47,232 nt of DNA from Candidatus Nanohaloarchaea archaeon (GCA_042217585.1 JBDGSJ010000008.1:1-47232), one strand, 5' to 3'. Positions 27,593 through 38,210 are shown, counted from the stretch's first letter. The notes: a model not told the origin generated them from the sequence alone. Made by a program: numbers and translations.

Positions 27593-28257
27593 AGAAGATG
27601 GCTGTAATACTGCTGGCGCTGGGAATGATCGGAAACGCATCGGCGGCGATGAAGATAACGGAGGACGGGATGGTGATGGGTCAGAACACCGACCGCCTTC
27701 CTCCCGGATGCGATTCGATAAGCGGATGGAAGAACATAACCGTTCACGCCGGAAAAGAGTACGCGGATAACTTCACGGGAAAGATGTTCACCTACAGTGA
27801 ACGCAGTTTCAGCTATGAACAATGTACGAAGCTCACCGTCACATTCGTCAACCACGATGAGATCAGGCACCAGTGGATGGTCCACGGCCTACCCACCAGC
27901 ACCTACAGGATGGGCATGTTCACCATAGAAGTCAGCGACGGACCGGGGAACGTGACAGGGACCTTCATCCTTCCATCTAACAGCGAGACACTGCTGGTCC
28001 ACTGCGGAGTCCCCCAGCACATGCAGAAAGGGATGAAGGCCCAGCTCAAGGTAGGTGGCGGAGACGGCAAGATAGCCAATATACCCGGAATCACCGACGC
28101 CAAGGATGAGTACAACTATCCCTCGCAGAGCCCGGTCCAGCCAGCGATAATACTCGGTCTCCTGGGATTCGTTTTCTCGGCAGGAGCCCTCCTGATATAC
28201 GACCTGTGGAGGTCCCGCGAGGAGATGGAGGAAGAGAACAGTGAAGAAGAGGGATGA
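27589..28257 (+). CDS. Membrane-anchored blue copper (cupredoxin) protein
   Basis: Signal peptide; type-1 Cu ligands 'RHQW...HCGVPQHMQKGM'; C-terminal TM; GTGA overlap with the oxidase gene. Confidence 0.82.
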   Translation: MKKMAVILLALGMIGNASAAMKITEDGMVMGQNTDRLPPGCDSISGWKNITVHAGKEYADNFTGKMFTYSERSFSYEQCTKLTVTFVNHDEIRHQWMVHGLPTSTYRMGMFTIEVSDGPGNVTGTFILPSNSETLLVHCGVPQHMQKGMKAQLKVGGGDGKIANIPGITDAKDEYNYPSQSPVQPAIILGLLGFVFSAGALLIYDLWRSREEMEEENSEEEG

Positions 28258-28335
28258 TGAAGAGAACCTCTGACTTGGTGAAGCGTCTGAAAAGTATCTT
28301 CGGTCCTCAGGCACGACTGAGGTCTTCAGAGGACG

Positions 28336-28611
28336 TTAGTTTATGTCAAGATGCTTCTCGTACAGGAAAGCCACGTCCTCATCGATCTCCTCGAGGATTC
28401 CAAAGGCGCGGTCCCTCAGTTCCTCGGTGGTTACCACGTTATCCTCATGATCTCCTATCCAGGACATGATTTTCGCCTTGGCCTGGTCGGCGAGTTCCAC
28501 TGCTTCCTCCTCTGCGTACTCTGCTTCTCTCGCTGGCCAGTAAAGCGAATCCCAGAGCTTTCCCTCATCAAGTTGCTCCTTCCTGCCGTCGTCTTTTAAC
28601 ACCTTGATCAT
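28336..28611 (-). CDS. Stand-alone ATP-cone domain protein
   Basis: 'KVLKDDGRKEQLDEGKL...VTTEELRDRAFGIL...VAFLY'. Confidence 0.75.
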   Translation of the reverse strand: MIKVLKDDGRKEQLDEGKLWDSLYWPAREAEYAEEEAVELADQAKAKIMSWIGDHEDNVVTTEELRDRAFGILEEIDEDVAFLYEKHLDIN

Positions 28612-28615
28612 TTTA

Positions 28616-29326
28616 TCACCCGAACCTGACGATGCCCGTCGCGAGGATGAGGAGTATCCAGCCCAGCGAAACCATGAGCAGCCCCGCGGCCATCCTCATC
28701 CGGTCCTTGTTCATGTGTTTCCACTTCTTCATGTCCTTGACCTTGTAACTTCCCAGGTACGAGAGGACCACGATCACCACCAGAGGCATCACGAAGATGA
28801 GATTGTACAGAGCCATCAGCGCGTAGGCGGTGAGGTCGACTCCCTGCTGGGCGAGCACGGTAAGTATCGCGAGGTAAGGTCCCCCGGTACATGGGAGCTC
28901 CACGGCGGCCACGAAGATCCCCAGGACTATGGCAGCCGGTGTCGTTATGTCTTCCATCTTCTCGGAGATCTTCTCCGCGTACTGCTCCGGTATCATCAGT
29001 GACTGGCCCTTGCCGTACCAGTAGAAGTCCTTGATCTCCAGCAGGCCGCCGAATATAACTATCAGAGCCACCGTTATGGTCACATAGTTGGCTATCTGGA
29101 CGGGCAGACCCACGAGGAAGTGGATTATCCCGAGTCCGGCCACGAAATACGTCGTGAAGACGAAGAATATGTATATCAGACCGACCTTCAGTATATCCCT
29201 GCGGCGGTCCTGCTTCACCAGCGTGGCCACCAGCAGGAGTATCACCCCTATAGCACAGGGATTGATGGAGTCGACCGCGGCCGTGATGAGGACCGCTGCC
29301 AGTGTCGGTAGTTCAGCTGTTACCAT
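28616..29326 (-). CDS. CcdA/DsbD-like transmembrane thiol-redox protein
   Basis: About six TM helices with 'DSINPCA' and 'ELPCTGGPYL'. Confidence 0.85.
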   Translation of the reverse strand: MVTAELPTLAAVLITAAVDSINPCAIGVILLLVATLVKQDRRRDILKVGLIYIFFVFTTYFVAGLGIIHFLVGLPVQIANYVTITVALIVIFGGLLEIKDFYWYGKGQSLMIPEQYAEKISEKMEDITTPAAIVLGIFVAAVELPCTGGPYLAILTVLAQQGVDLTAYALMALYNLIFVMPLVVIVVLSYLGSYKVKDMKKWKHMNKDRMRMAAGLLMVSLGWILLILATGIVRFG

Positions 29327-30217
29327 TCAGTATCCCTCACCGCTCTTCTTCAGGCCGAAACCTCTGTACTTGTCGTCCTCACGGAGGTCCTGTAAGGCCT
29401 CTTTCGTTGATTTCGAGTCGTAGACTATGAATATATCGTCCAGGGTAGCCCCTCTCTTGTATGCCGATATCACGTAGTCTGCGGGCGAATCCGCTATCAT
29501 GTCGTCCGGACCCAGGTTCCGGGACCGGGTCCTGCAGGTGTTCTCGCGAGAGACCTCGTTGCCCACGGCGCACCATGACCTTGATCCGCCGACACCTCTC
29601 TGCACGAGGACCTTCAGCTCCATACTGCTGTTCTCCGTCACCTTCAGCGTCCCCGTATTCGTCGGCATCACAAGTTTACTGTTCGTGAGATTGCCGTTGA
29701 AGGTCTCGAAGAACGCCTGGAGTGTCGCGTGCGCCCTCTTGTCGAAAACTCCCTCGAGATGTATCCTGTTATCGTTATGCTCGTGGTACGCCTTCACTCC
29801 TGTCCTGTCGTTAACCGCACACAGGTAATCGCCCTCACAGAAGTTTGATGGGTCCACGAGTTCGATCCTCTGTAGTTCTCCTCCTCTCTGGACAAGGACC
29901 TCGAAGTCCGCGTGGTAGTGGACTTCGCCCCCGCTCCAGGAGGTCCGGCTCTGGTGGACGAACGCTCCAGCGGTGTAGAGGCTGGGGACGAGGACCACGA
30001 TGATGAAACCGTTCATCAGCATCTTCTTGTCGTGTAGAGTCATGTCGTCCTCTTTCCTGAACGAGAGCGCCGCCAGGATCAGACTGGAGACGAACCCGAT
30101 ACCCATGAGAGGTAGAACATACGGTACGAACCTGAATTTCGGGAGGAATTCTACGGCTCCTGCCGTGGCCAGGGCCGCTATCACCACTCCGTATACTATC
30201 CGTTTAGGTACGTTCAT
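29327..30217 (-). CDS. Membrane protein with a His-motif soluble domain
   Basis: Three N-terminal TM helices followed by 'HYHADF' and 'HEHNDNRIHLEG'. Confidence 0.75.
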   Translation of the reverse strand: MNVPKRIVYGVVIAALATAGAVEFLPKFRFVPYVLPLMGIGFVSSLILAALSFRKEDDMTLHDKKMLMNGFIIVVLVPSLYTAGAFVHQSRTSWSGGEVHYHADFEVLVQRGGELQRIELVDPSNFCEGDYLCAVNDRTGVKAYHEHNDNRIHLEGVFDKRAHATLQAFFETFNGNLTNSKLVMPTNTGTLKVTENSSMELKVLVQRGVGGSRSWCAVGNEVSRENTCRTRSRNLGPDDMIADSPADYVISAYKRGATLDDIFIVYDSKSTKEALQDLREDDKYRGFGLKKSGEGY

Positions 30218-30220
30218 CCT

Positions 30221-30391
30221 TCAGCAGAATTCGCAGATTTCTTCCTTGTCATCCGGTTTTTCCTCATCCTCGTACTGCTCCTTGCATTCCTTGCAGCAGA
30301 ACTTGTGGCCGTCGAACTCTACGCAGTCATCGGAATCGATGTCCTTTCCGCAGACATAGCATTCCTCTCCCGAACTTCCCAGAAGTGACAT
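30221..30391 (-). CDS. 56-aa Cys-rich TRASH/YHS-like metal-binding protein
   Basis: Manual translation MSLLGSSGEECYVCGKDIDSDDCVEFDGHKFCCKECKEQYEDEEKPDDKEEICEFC; stop 3 bp before the next gene; not in the ORF track. Confidence 0.8.
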   Translation of the reverse strand: MSLLGSSGEECYVCGKDIDSDDCVEFDGHKFCCKECKEQYEDEEKPDDKEEICEFC

Positions 30392-30426
30392 ATCTTCCAA
30401 TTGTAGATGGTCGTTTTAAATTCTTA

Positions 30427-33135
30427 CTATCTCTCCGCTCCCTCTATTTCATCGAATATCCTGTCGAAGACGGCCAGGGTGGCCGCTCCGAGCGCGATGA
30501 AAGCCACGACCCCTGCCCCTATGTACATCCAGGGTCCCGCTCCCAGTGCGGCAGTGTTGAACAGCTGCTTCTGGTTGAGCGGCGTGTAGAGGACCAGGAG
30601 CTGGAGCACTATCGATGAACCCAGCGCACCCAGCAGCCACTTGTTGGACAGTATACTCTGGTTGTACCTTGACCTGATTATCTGGATTCGGACCATCTCT
30701 ATCATCACCATGAAAGTGAAGAGGACCGTCTGCGCCAGCACAAGCCCCCTGCTGAGGAATTTGAAGAACAGAGGGAGGCTGACAACCGCCATCAGCAGCC
30801 CTATACCCAGTATCGAGGCCATCATCCGCCTGTTGATCACCGGTTCATCGTTGCCTCTCGGCTCCCGGTCCATTATCCCCTCGCTCTTGGGATCTGAACC
30901 CAGCGCGAGCGCGGGAAGCCCGTCAGTCACGAGGTTCATCCAGAGGAGCATCATCGGGGTCAGTATTATCGCCTCTGAGTGGCCGCTGAACGCATTGAGG
31001 TAGGCGCCGATCATCACCCCCAGGAAGACGACCAGGACCTCGCCCGCGTTCGCGGACAGCAGGTAGTTCACGAACTTCCTGATGTTGTCGAATATACCTC
31101 TGCCTTCAGCCACAGCATCCCTTATCGTGACGAAGTTGTCGTCCTGGAGTATCATGTCGCTGCTCTGCTGGGCAACGTCGGTCCCCCTCTCCCCCATCGC
31201 TATACCGACATCCGAGTTCTTCAGGGCCGGAGCGTCGTTCACCCCGTCCCCCGTCATCGCGACGTTGTGTCCGTTGGACTGTAGGGCCTTCAGTATCCTT
31301 ACCTTGTGTTCCGGCGAGACCCGGGCGAAGACCTCCACTTCCCTGACCTTCTCCCTCAGTTCATCCTCGGTGAGGTCTTCCACCTCGTTCCCTGTCATGG
31401 CTCCCTCCGGGCTGAAACCTATCTCGCTACCTATCGCCTTCGCGGTCTCCACGTTGTCGCCGGTCGCCATTATCACCTTTATGCCTGCGTCACGGCAGTC
31501 CTGGACCGCTCCCTCGACCTCCTCCCTCGCGGGATCTATCATCCCCTGGAGACCGAGGAACACCATACCCGACTCCAGCTGGTCAGCATCCGCTTCAGGG
31601 TCCGCATCTGTCTTACGGGCGAAGGCGAGGACCCTCAGTGCGTCCTCGGCGAACTCCTCGTTCTTCTTAAGTATCTCTTTCCTGGTCTCGTCGTCGAGCT
31701 CCTTCTCCTCTCCGTCTTCAAGGTAGCGGTCGCATCTCTCCAGCACGACCTCGGGTGCGCCCTTCATGTAGCCGGTCCTGTCCCCGGTCACGACCGTCAT
31801 CCTCTTCCTGTCCGAGGAGAACGGCACCTCTCTCAGCCTCTCCTTCCCGGGTCTTATCCCGGCTTTCTCCGCCGAGACCTTCAGCGCGACCTCGGTCGGG
31901 TCGCCGAAGTACTCCTTATCTTCGTCCTCCGGAGCCTTCTCTGCGTTGTTGCATATGGTTCCGCATTCGAGGACCGGTCTCAGGTGCTCCGGGTCAGTCT
32001 CGTGCCCGTGCCTCTCGAAACCTCCATCGGTGCTTGTACCGGTCCCTGTAACGCCGAAGTCCTCGCCCCCGAAGTAGAGTTTTCTCACGGTCATCACTCC
32101 CTCCGTGAGGGTTCCGGTCTTGTCCGTCACGATGACGTCGATGGAGCCGAGCGATTCGACGACCGGCAGCCGGCGGACCAGCGCGTTCTTCTCCAGCAGT
32201 TTCTTGGACCCCAGCGACAGGGTGAGGGTCACGACCGCGGGAAGTCCTTCAGGTACGGCAGCGACCGCCAGAGTTATCGCGGTCAGTATAATCGTTACCG
32301 GGTCCGCGGCGGAGAGCGAGTACTCTGTTATGGCAAATGGGTGCGGCTGCGCGAGCATGAACTGTGTGGCGGCCACAACCGCTATCACGCCGATCACCCC
32401 GTATCCTATCTTCCTTCCCAGCTCGTCAACCTCCTCCTGGAAAGGAGTCTTCTTGTCGTCAGCCTCCTCTATCTGCTCGGCGATGTCGCCGACCTCGGTT
32501 TCCATCCCGGTCTCGACGACGACCGCCTTGCCGCGGCCCTTGACCGCGGTGGTGTTCTTGAAAACCATGTTCGTTCGTTCCGCCAGCGAGGCGTCCTCCT
32601 CCAGTACGCCCGGCTCCTTCGAGACGTTGGTGCTCTCCCCTGTGAGGGCGGATTCGTCAGTGTTCAGGCTCTGGGATTCGAGCACCCGTGCGTCTGCGGG
32701 TATCGCGCTGCCCTGTTCGATGAAAAGTATGTCGCCGGGGACCACGTCCCTGGAGTCCACGATCTTCTTCTCCCCGTCACGCATCACCGTCGCGTCAGGG
32801 GTGGAAAGATCCTTCAGCGCCTCGATGGATTTCTCCGCGCGGTAGTCCTGGACGAAGCCGAATACTCCGTTGGCGATCAGTATCAGAAAGATCAGGGCGG
32901 CGTCGACAGTTTCTCCGATGATGAATGAGAAACCTGCGGCGACCATCAGAAGGTATATCAGGAAGTCCTGGAACTGTGAGATGAATATCTTCACCGGCGA
33001 GACTTCTTCCCCGCTTCTGATCTCGTTCCTTCCATCCTCCTCCAGACGTCTTTCAGCTTCTTCCGAACTCAGGCCTTCATTTCCTGTATCCAGCTCGGAG
33101 AAAACTTCCTCCTCTTCCTCGCTGTGCCAGGCCAT
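30427..33135 (-). CDS. P-type cation-transporting ATPase (P2A, Ca2+-type)
   Basis: 'LTGES', 'AVPEGLP', 'DKTGTLT', 'KGAPE', 'TGD', '[10 protein letters not shown]', 'NLVTDGLPA'. Confidence 0.95.
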   Translation of the reverse strand: MAWHSEEEEEVFSELDTGNEGLSSEEAERRLEEDGRNEIRSGEEVSPVKIFISQFQDFLIYLLMVAAGFSFIIGETVDAALIFLILIANGVFGFVQDYRAEKSIEALKDLSTPDATVMRDGEKKIVDSRDVVPGDILFIEQGSAIPADARVLESQSLNTDESALTGESTNVSKEPGVLEEDASLAERTNMVFKNTTAVKGRGKAVVVETGMETEVGDIAEQIEEADDKKTPFQEEVDELGRKIGYGVIGVIAVVAATQFMLAQPHPFAITEYSLSAADPVTIILTAITLAVAAVPEGLPAVVTLTLSLGSKKLLEKNALVRRLPVVESLGSIDVIVTDKTGTLTEGVMTVRKLYFGGEDFGVTGTGTSTDGGFERHGHETDPEHLRPVLECGTICNNAEKAPEDEDKEYFGDPTEVALKVSAEKAGIRPGKERLREVPFSSDRKRMTVVTGDRTGYMKGAPEVVLERCDRYLEDGEEKELDDETRKEILKKNEEFAEDALRVLAFARKTDADPEADADQLESGMVFLGLQGMIDPAREEVEGAVQDCRDAGIKVIMATGDNVETAKAIGSEIGFSPEGAMTGNEVEDLTEDELREKVREVEVFARVSPEHKVRILKALQSNGHNVAMTGDGVNDAPALKNSDVGIAMGERGTDVAQQSSDMILQDDNFVTIRDAVAEGRGIFDNIRKFVNYLLSANAGEVLVVFLGVMIGAYLNAFSGHSEAIILTPMMLLWMNLVTDGLPALALGSDPKSEGIMDREPRGNDEPVINRRMMASILGIGLLMAVVSLPLFFKFLSRGLVLAQTVLFTFMVMIEMVRIQIIRSRYNQSILSNKWLLGALGSSIVLQLLVLYTPLNQKQLFNTAALGAGPWMYIGAGVVAFIALGAATLAVFDRIFDEIEGAER

Positions 33136-33185
33136 GAAAACGGTTTTCTCCTCCCGACTTAAACAACTTTGTTCGGTTCCCGGCC

Positions 33186-34598
33186 TCAGAGCTTGTGGAC
33201 CGATTCATCTTGGGCGTCCTCGCACGCCTCGGCGAACGCCTCCGGGAAGGTCGGGTGGGCGTGGATGGTGTTCGCGACGTCGTCGAGATACGCCTGCATC
33301 TCCAGTGCGAGGGTGGCCTCCGCTATCATGTCCGACGCTCTCGGACCGAGTATCGTCGATCCCAGCAGTTTGCCGTCTCCCGAGGCGACTACCTTGACGT
33401 ATCCGTCCTCCTTGTTGGTCGTGAGCGCTCTGCCGGACGCCGACATCGGGAACCTGCCGACAAGGACCTCGTCGTGCTCCTCTCTTGCCTCGTCCTCGTT
33501 CATCCCGACGGTGGCGACCTCGGGCTCGGTGTACATCACCTTCGGGATGTACTGGTTGTCGAACGCCGCCGGCTCTCCCGCGACGACCTCCGCGGCGACC
33601 TTCGCCTCCCTGTACGCTTTGTGAGCCAGCAGGGGTCCTCCGGCGACATCGCCTATCGCGTAGATGCTGTCGTCGGTCGTTCTCATCTGGCTGTCCGTCT
33701 GTATGAAACCGTCCTCGTCGAGTTCGACGTCCGTGTTCTCCAGCTCCAGCGCATCGATGTGGGGCTCCGGGGTCCTGCCCGCGGCGACAAGCACGTAGTC
33801 GCCCTGGACCTCGAGATCCTCACCGTCCTGTTCCGCCTCGACGATCACTTTATCGTCCTCGTAACGGACGCCCTGCGCCATCGCCGACGTGTATATCTCG
33901 TCCCGGTAGTTCTCGCTGGTCTCCTGTATCGAGTTCACGACCTCCCGGTCGAACATCGGAAGTATCCGGTCCTGTGCCTCCAGCACCTTTACCGTGGAGC
34001 CGAACTTGCAGAACTTCGTGACGGCCTCCATCCCGATGTAACCGCCGCCTATCACCACGAGCTCGTCCGGCACCTCATCGATCTGGAGGAGTTCACGTGA
34101 GGATATCACGCGGTCCTTCTCGAACTCCAGGCCCGGTATCTCGACAGGGACGGTCCCCGTTGCTATTATCGCCTCCTCAAACTCGACCTTCTCGGCGTTG
34201 TGCTCCTCCTCGATGCGGACCGTGTTGGAGTCGATGAAGAAGGCCTCTCCCTCCCTGAACTCGACCCCGACGCTCTCCAGTATCCTCTCGACGCCGGAGT
34301 CGAGCCGCTGGATGACTCCGTCCTTCCAGTCCTGTATGCTGTCGAACTCTATCTCCAGTTCTCCGGTGTGTATCCCTATCTCGTCCCAGTGGTCCAGGTC
34401 CGCCTGGTACTTGGCGGCGTGGATCAGCGCCTTCGCCGGTATGCATCCGTGGTTCAGGCAGACCCCGCCGACCTTCTCCTTGTCGACCAGGACCACGTCC
34501 TTTCCCTTCTGCGCGGCTCTTATCGCAGCCGCGTAGCCTCCGGGTCCTGCGCCGATGACCAGGACCTCGGTGCCCGTCGCTATATCTCCGACTACCAT
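33186..34598 (-). CDS. lpdA: Dihydrolipoamide dehydrogenase (E3)
   Basis: 'GAGPGGY', 'GGVCLNHGCIP', 'GGGYIG', 'HAHPTFPE'; start ATG 34598. Confidence 0.96.
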   Translation of the reverse strand: MVVGDIATGTEVLVIGAGPGGYAAAIRAAQKGKDVVLVDKEKVGGVCLNHGCIPAKALIHAAKYQADLDHWDEIGIHTGELEIEFDSIQDWKDGVIQRLDSGVERILESVGVEFREGEAFFIDSNTVRIEEEHNAEKVEFEEAIIATGTVPVEIPGLEFEKDRVISSRELLQIDEVPDELVVIGGGYIGMEAVTKFCKFGSTVKVLEAQDRILPMFDREVVNSIQETSENYRDEIYTSAMAQGVRYEDDKVIVEAEQDGEDLEVQGDYVLVAAGRTPEPHIDALELENTDVELDEDGFIQTDSQMRTTDDSIYAIGDVAGGPLLAHKAYREAKVAAEVVAGEPAAFDNQYIPKVMYTEPEVATVGMNEDEAREEHDEVLVGRFPMSASGRALTTNKEDGYVKVVASGDGKLLGSTILGPRASDMIAEATLALEMQAYLDDVANTIHAHPTFPEAFAEACEDAQDESVHKL

Positions 34599-34602
34599 GG
34601 TA

Positions 34603-36093
34603 TCAAAGCTCGAAAAGCATCTTTTCCGGGTCCTCAAGGTTTTCGATGACCTCGTTCATGAACCGGGCGGCGGTAGCCCCGTCGACAACCCTGTGGTCAT
34701 AGCTCAGAGAAAGCTTCACCGTGGTCCTCGGGACCACTTCGCCGTCCACAACCTCCGCGGTCTCCTTTATCTCCCCTATGCCGAGGATGGCGGTCTGCGG
34801 CGGGTTGATTATCGGCGTGAACTCCTCTCCGCCTATCACGCCGATGTTGGTGATCGAGAAGGTTCCGCCCTGCATCTCCTCCCGGCTCAGCTCGCCCTTC
34901 CTTGCCCTGTCGACTTTCTCCTCTATATCCTCCGCGAGCTCGATGATGCTGTCCTCGCCGACGTTCTCGATGACCGGGACGAGAAGTCCACGGTCCGTGT
35001 CGACCGCTATGTTGAAGTCGTAGTACTTCTTCTGGATTATCTCGTCGTTCTCCTCGTCAAGCTCGGCGTTCAGGTCCGGGTACTCCTTCAGTGCCTCGTA
35101 GGCCGCCTTCATGACGAACGGCAGGTAGGTGAGGTGGGTGTCGAACTTCTCCTTCTCGCGCTCTCTCATCTCCTTCAGCTCGGTCACGTCGGCCCTGTCC
35201 ATGTGTGTGACGTGAGGGGCGTTGAAACGGGATTCCTCCATCTTCTCGGCCACGGACCTCCTGAGGCCCGACATCTCGACCCTCTCCACAGGTTTCTCCC
35301 CGGCAGGTTCCCGTACCTCTGTCTCCCGGGTCTCTTCCTCCTCTTTCTCGGGTTCGGTGGAGCTCTTTTCCCTCTCCTCTTCCTGCTCCTCTTCCTCTGC
35401 TTCGGTCTCGCCGGACTCTGCGGCCCGGACCACGTCGTTGCGGGTTATCCTTCCGTGCGGACCTGAGCCGTCGACCTCTGTGAGGTCCACGCCTCTCTGG
35501 CGGGCGAACTTCCGGACCGCGGGCGTCGCCTCGACGTCCTCCGCGGCCTGGACATCCTCTCCGGTTCCTTTTTCTTCTTTATCTTCTCTCTCCCGGGTCT
35601 CTGTCTCTTCCTCTTCTGCCTGTTCCTCTACATCTTCCGCGGCCCTGAGTACGTCTTCCTCGGTTATCCTTCCCTCGATCTCGAGGGATTCCAGGTCGAC
35701 GCCTTTCTCGGCCGCCAGGTGGCGGACCTTCGGCAGGGCGAGTACGTCCGCGGAGCTCGTGGATACTTCTCTTTCATCCGTGGTGCCGGTCTCCTGCTCC
35801 GCTTCACCGGTTTCCTCTTTCTCCGTGGTCTCCCCGGGTTCTTCGTCTTCTTCCGCTGTCTCCATCCGGAGTATGACGTCGCCGACCTCGACCGTGTCGC
35901 CGGGTTCGACGAGCAGTTCCTTTACCGTTCCGTCGGAGGGAGATGGGACCTCGACCACAGCCTTGTCGGTCTCGGCCTCTGCAAGGACCTGGTCCTCCTC
36001 GACCTCGTCGCCCTCTTTGATCTTCCATTCGAGGAAGGTTCCCTCGGTGACTCCTTCACCGGTGTCCGGAAACTCGAACTCTATGATTCCCAT
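34603..36093 (-). CDS. pdhC: Dihydrolipoamide acyltransferase (E2)
   Basis: Lipoyl motif 'ETDKAVVEVPSP', E3-binding domains and catalytic 'DHRVVDG'. Confidence 0.94.
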   Translation of the reverse strand: MGIIEFEFPDTGEGVTEGTFLEWKIKEGDEVEEDQVLAEAETDKAVVEVPSPSDGTVKELLVEPGDTVEVGDVILRMETAEEDEEPGETTEKEETGEAEQETGTTDEREVSTSSADVLALPKVRHLAAEKGVDLESLEIEGRITEEDVLRAAEDVEEQAEEEETETREREDKEEKGTGEDVQAAEDVEATPAVRKFARQRGVDLTEVDGSGPHGRITRNDVVRAAESGETEAEEEEQEEEREKSSTEPEKEEEETRETEVREPAGEKPVERVEMSGLRRSVAEKMEESRFNAPHVTHMDRADVTELKEMREREKEKFDTHLTYLPFVMKAAYEALKEYPDLNAELDEENDEIIQKKYYDFNIAVDTDRGLLVPVIENVGEDSIIELAEDIEEKVDRARKGELSREEMQGGTFSITNIGVIGGEEFTPIINPPQTAILGIGEIKETAEVVDGEVVPRTTVKLSLSYDHRVVDGATAARFMNEVIENLEDPEKMLFEL

Positions 36094-36102
36094 CGTCCTG
36101 CC

Positions 36103-37065
36103 TCAGAACTCCAGCACGTTTTCAAGTCCTTTGACCGCACGTTTTTTGTTCGGCATGTAGAGGTCCTCCAGCCTGTAGATCGGGTAGGGGACGTCCGGTG
36201 CGGTGACGCGCTCGACGGGCGCCTCCAGCTTCAGCAGCGCCTCCTCGTTGATCCGGGAGGTGATCTCCGCGCCGAAACCCCCGGTCTTGTGGGCCTCGTG
36301 AAGGACCATCGCCCTGCCGGTCTTCCTGACCGAGTCTATGACTGTGTCGAAGTCCGTCGGGTAGATGGTTCTCAGGTCGATTATCTCGACGTCTGCGTCG
36401 ACCTCGTCCGCGGCCTCCTCGGCCAGCGGCATCATCGCGCCCCAGGAGATCAGGGTGACGTCCTCTCCCTCTCTCCGGACCGCGGAGCTCTCGAGTTCGA
36501 CCTCCGCGTCCTTGTCGACCTCTTCCTTGAAAGCCCTGTAGGTCTTCTTAGGTTCGAGGAACATCACCGGGTCGTCGAGCTGTATGGATTTCCTCAGCAG
36601 GGAGTAGGTGTCCTGCGGGGTGCTGGGTATCACCACTCTCAGGCCCTTCATGTGGGAGAAGAACGCCTCGGGGGATTCGCAGTGGTGCTCCAGCGCGCTT
36701 ATGCCGCCGCCGTACGGCGCCCTGATCGTCAGCGGGACCTCGAACCCGCCGCGGGACCTCATCCGCATCCGTGCGGCGTGCTCCTTGATCTGGTGGAACG
36801 CGAGGAACGAGAAACCCGAGAACTGGATCTCGACGACCGGTCTCATACCGTACATCGACATTCCGATACCGGTCCCGACGATCCCTGACTCGGCGAGCGG
36901 GCTGGAGAAACAGCGGTCCCGGCCGAACTCCTCGGTAAGTCCCTCGGTGGCGCGGAAGACACCGCCGTCCTCTCCGACGTCCTCACCGTACACCACGACG
37001 TCCTCGTTTTCTTCCATCTCGTCCGTCAGCGCTTCGTTGACCGCCTCTACTATGTTCATCTCCAT
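36103..37065 (-). CDS. pdhB: Pyruvate/2-oxoacid dehydrogenase E1 beta subunit
   Basis: 'GEDVGEDGGVFRATEGL', 'PLAESGI', 'EIQFSGF'; GAGGTGA RBS before ATG 37065. Confidence 0.94.
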   Translation of the reverse strand: MEMNIVEAVNEALTDEMEENEDVVVYGEDVGEDGGVFRATEGLTEEFGRDRCFSSPLAESGIVGTGIGMSMYGMRPVVEIQFSGFSFLAFHQIKEHAARMRMRSRGGFEVPLTIRAPYGGGISALEHHCESPEAFFSHMKGLRVVIPSTPQDTYSLLRKSIQLDDPVMFLEPKKTYRAFKEEVDKDAEVELESSAVRREGEDVTLISWGAMMPLAEEAADEVDADVEIIDLRTIYPTDFDTVIDSVRKTGRAMVLHEAHKTGGFGAEITSRINEEALLKLEAPVERVTAPDVPYPIYRLEDLYMPNKKRAVKGLENVLEF

Positions 37066-37070
37066 CGTTA

Positions 37071-38120
37071 TCACCTCAGGGCCTCCTTGAGCTCTTCCTT
37101 GTTCTTTTTAAGGTCCTCCGGCATGTCTTTGTAGACGTAGTCGAACAGGTCGTCGATTCCGGGGTCCTCGGATTCCATCGCTTCCTCGGAGGCCTCCTGT
37201 ATCCTCTGCTCGGCCTCCTCCTCGAACTGCTCCAGTTCATCGGTCCAGAGGTCGTGCTCCTTCAGGAACTCCCTGAAACGTCTCAGCGGGTCCTTCTCCT
37301 TCCATTCCTCGACCTCCTCCTCGTCCCTGTAGCGGGTGGAGTCGTCGGAGGTGGTGTGATCCTCCAGCCGGTACGTCACCGTCTCGATGAGGACTGGCTC
37401 GCCGTTGCGCGCCTTTTCGAGAGCTTCCTGGACCGCCTTGATGACTGCGAGTATGTCGTTTCCGTCGACCTGTATACCCTCGATCCCGTACGCGAGGGCT
37501 TTCTGCGCCAGCGTCTCCGACTTCGTCTGTCTCTCGACGGGCATCGAGATCGCGTACTGGTTGTTCTGTATCAGGAATACCGAGTGGGCGTCGTTCACCC
37601 CGGCGAAGTTGAGGGCCTCGTGGAAGTCTCCCTCAGAGGTGGATCCATCGCCGGTGAACCCGAGGACCGCCTTCTCATGGCCTTTCTTCTCCATCGCCAT
37701 CCCCAGGCCGGTGTTGTGCAGGTTCTGGGTCCCGACAGGTATCGCGACGGGAAGGTCGTTCTCGAGTCCGGCCTGTCCCCGGGCGTCCCCCATCCACCTC
37801 ATGAATATCTCGTCGAGAGGGGCGCCGCGGGCGATGTAGGCGGCGGTCTCCCTGAACGACGGGACCATCCAGTCCTCGTCGTCCATCGCGAAGACCGCGC
37901 CGATCTGGGCGGCCTCCTGGCCCTTGTGGGGGGCGTAGGTCGATATCTCTCCCCTTCGCTGGAGGGAGAAAGCTTTTTCGTCGAATTTCCTGGCCAGCAT
38001 CATCTGTTTGTACAGTTCCCGGTACTCGTCCTCCTCGATCCAGGGGAAGTCGTCCTCATCGTCAGTCCCCATTACCTCGATTTTCTGGACGGAGCCGGAG
38101 TACACTTCTTTTCGGACCAT
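37071..38120 (-). CDS. pdhA: Pyruvate/2-oxoacid dehydrogenase E1 alpha subunit
   Basis: 'GQEAAQIG', TPP motif 'GDGSTSEGDFHEALN...NNQYAIS', 'HTTSDD'. Confidence 0.94.
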   Translation of the reverse strand: MVRKEVYSGSVQKIEVMGTDDEDDFPWIEEDEYRELYKQMMLARKFDEKAFSLQRRGEISTYAPHKGQEAAQIGAVFAMDDEDWMVPSFRETAAYIARGAPLDEIFMRWMGDARGQAGLENDLPVAIPVGTQNLHNTGLGMAMEKKGHEKAVLGFTGDGSTSEGDFHEALNFAGVNDAHSVFLIQNNQYAISMPVERQTKSETLAQKALAYGIEGIQVDGNDILAVIKAVQEALEKARNGEPVLIETVTYRLEDHTTSDDSTRYRDEEEVEEWKEKDPLRRFREFLKEHDLWTDELEQFEEEAEQRIQEASEEAMESEDPGIDDLFDYVYKDMPEDLKKNKEELKEALR

Positions 38121-38210
38121 TATAATTGAAAAAGGCTCACTCTCGTATATAAAAAATGGCTCCGGTCCGGCGCCGGAAAGATATAAGGTGGAAGAGGAGA
38201 ACTCTTACAC

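Noticed and set aside
31306..32928. Long antisense ORFs (540 aa here; also 35719-36888, 14462-15451, 13767-14627, 8489-9364 and others)
   Set aside because: They shadow well-supported genes on the opposite strand, have S/L/V/R-rich composition and show no motifs.
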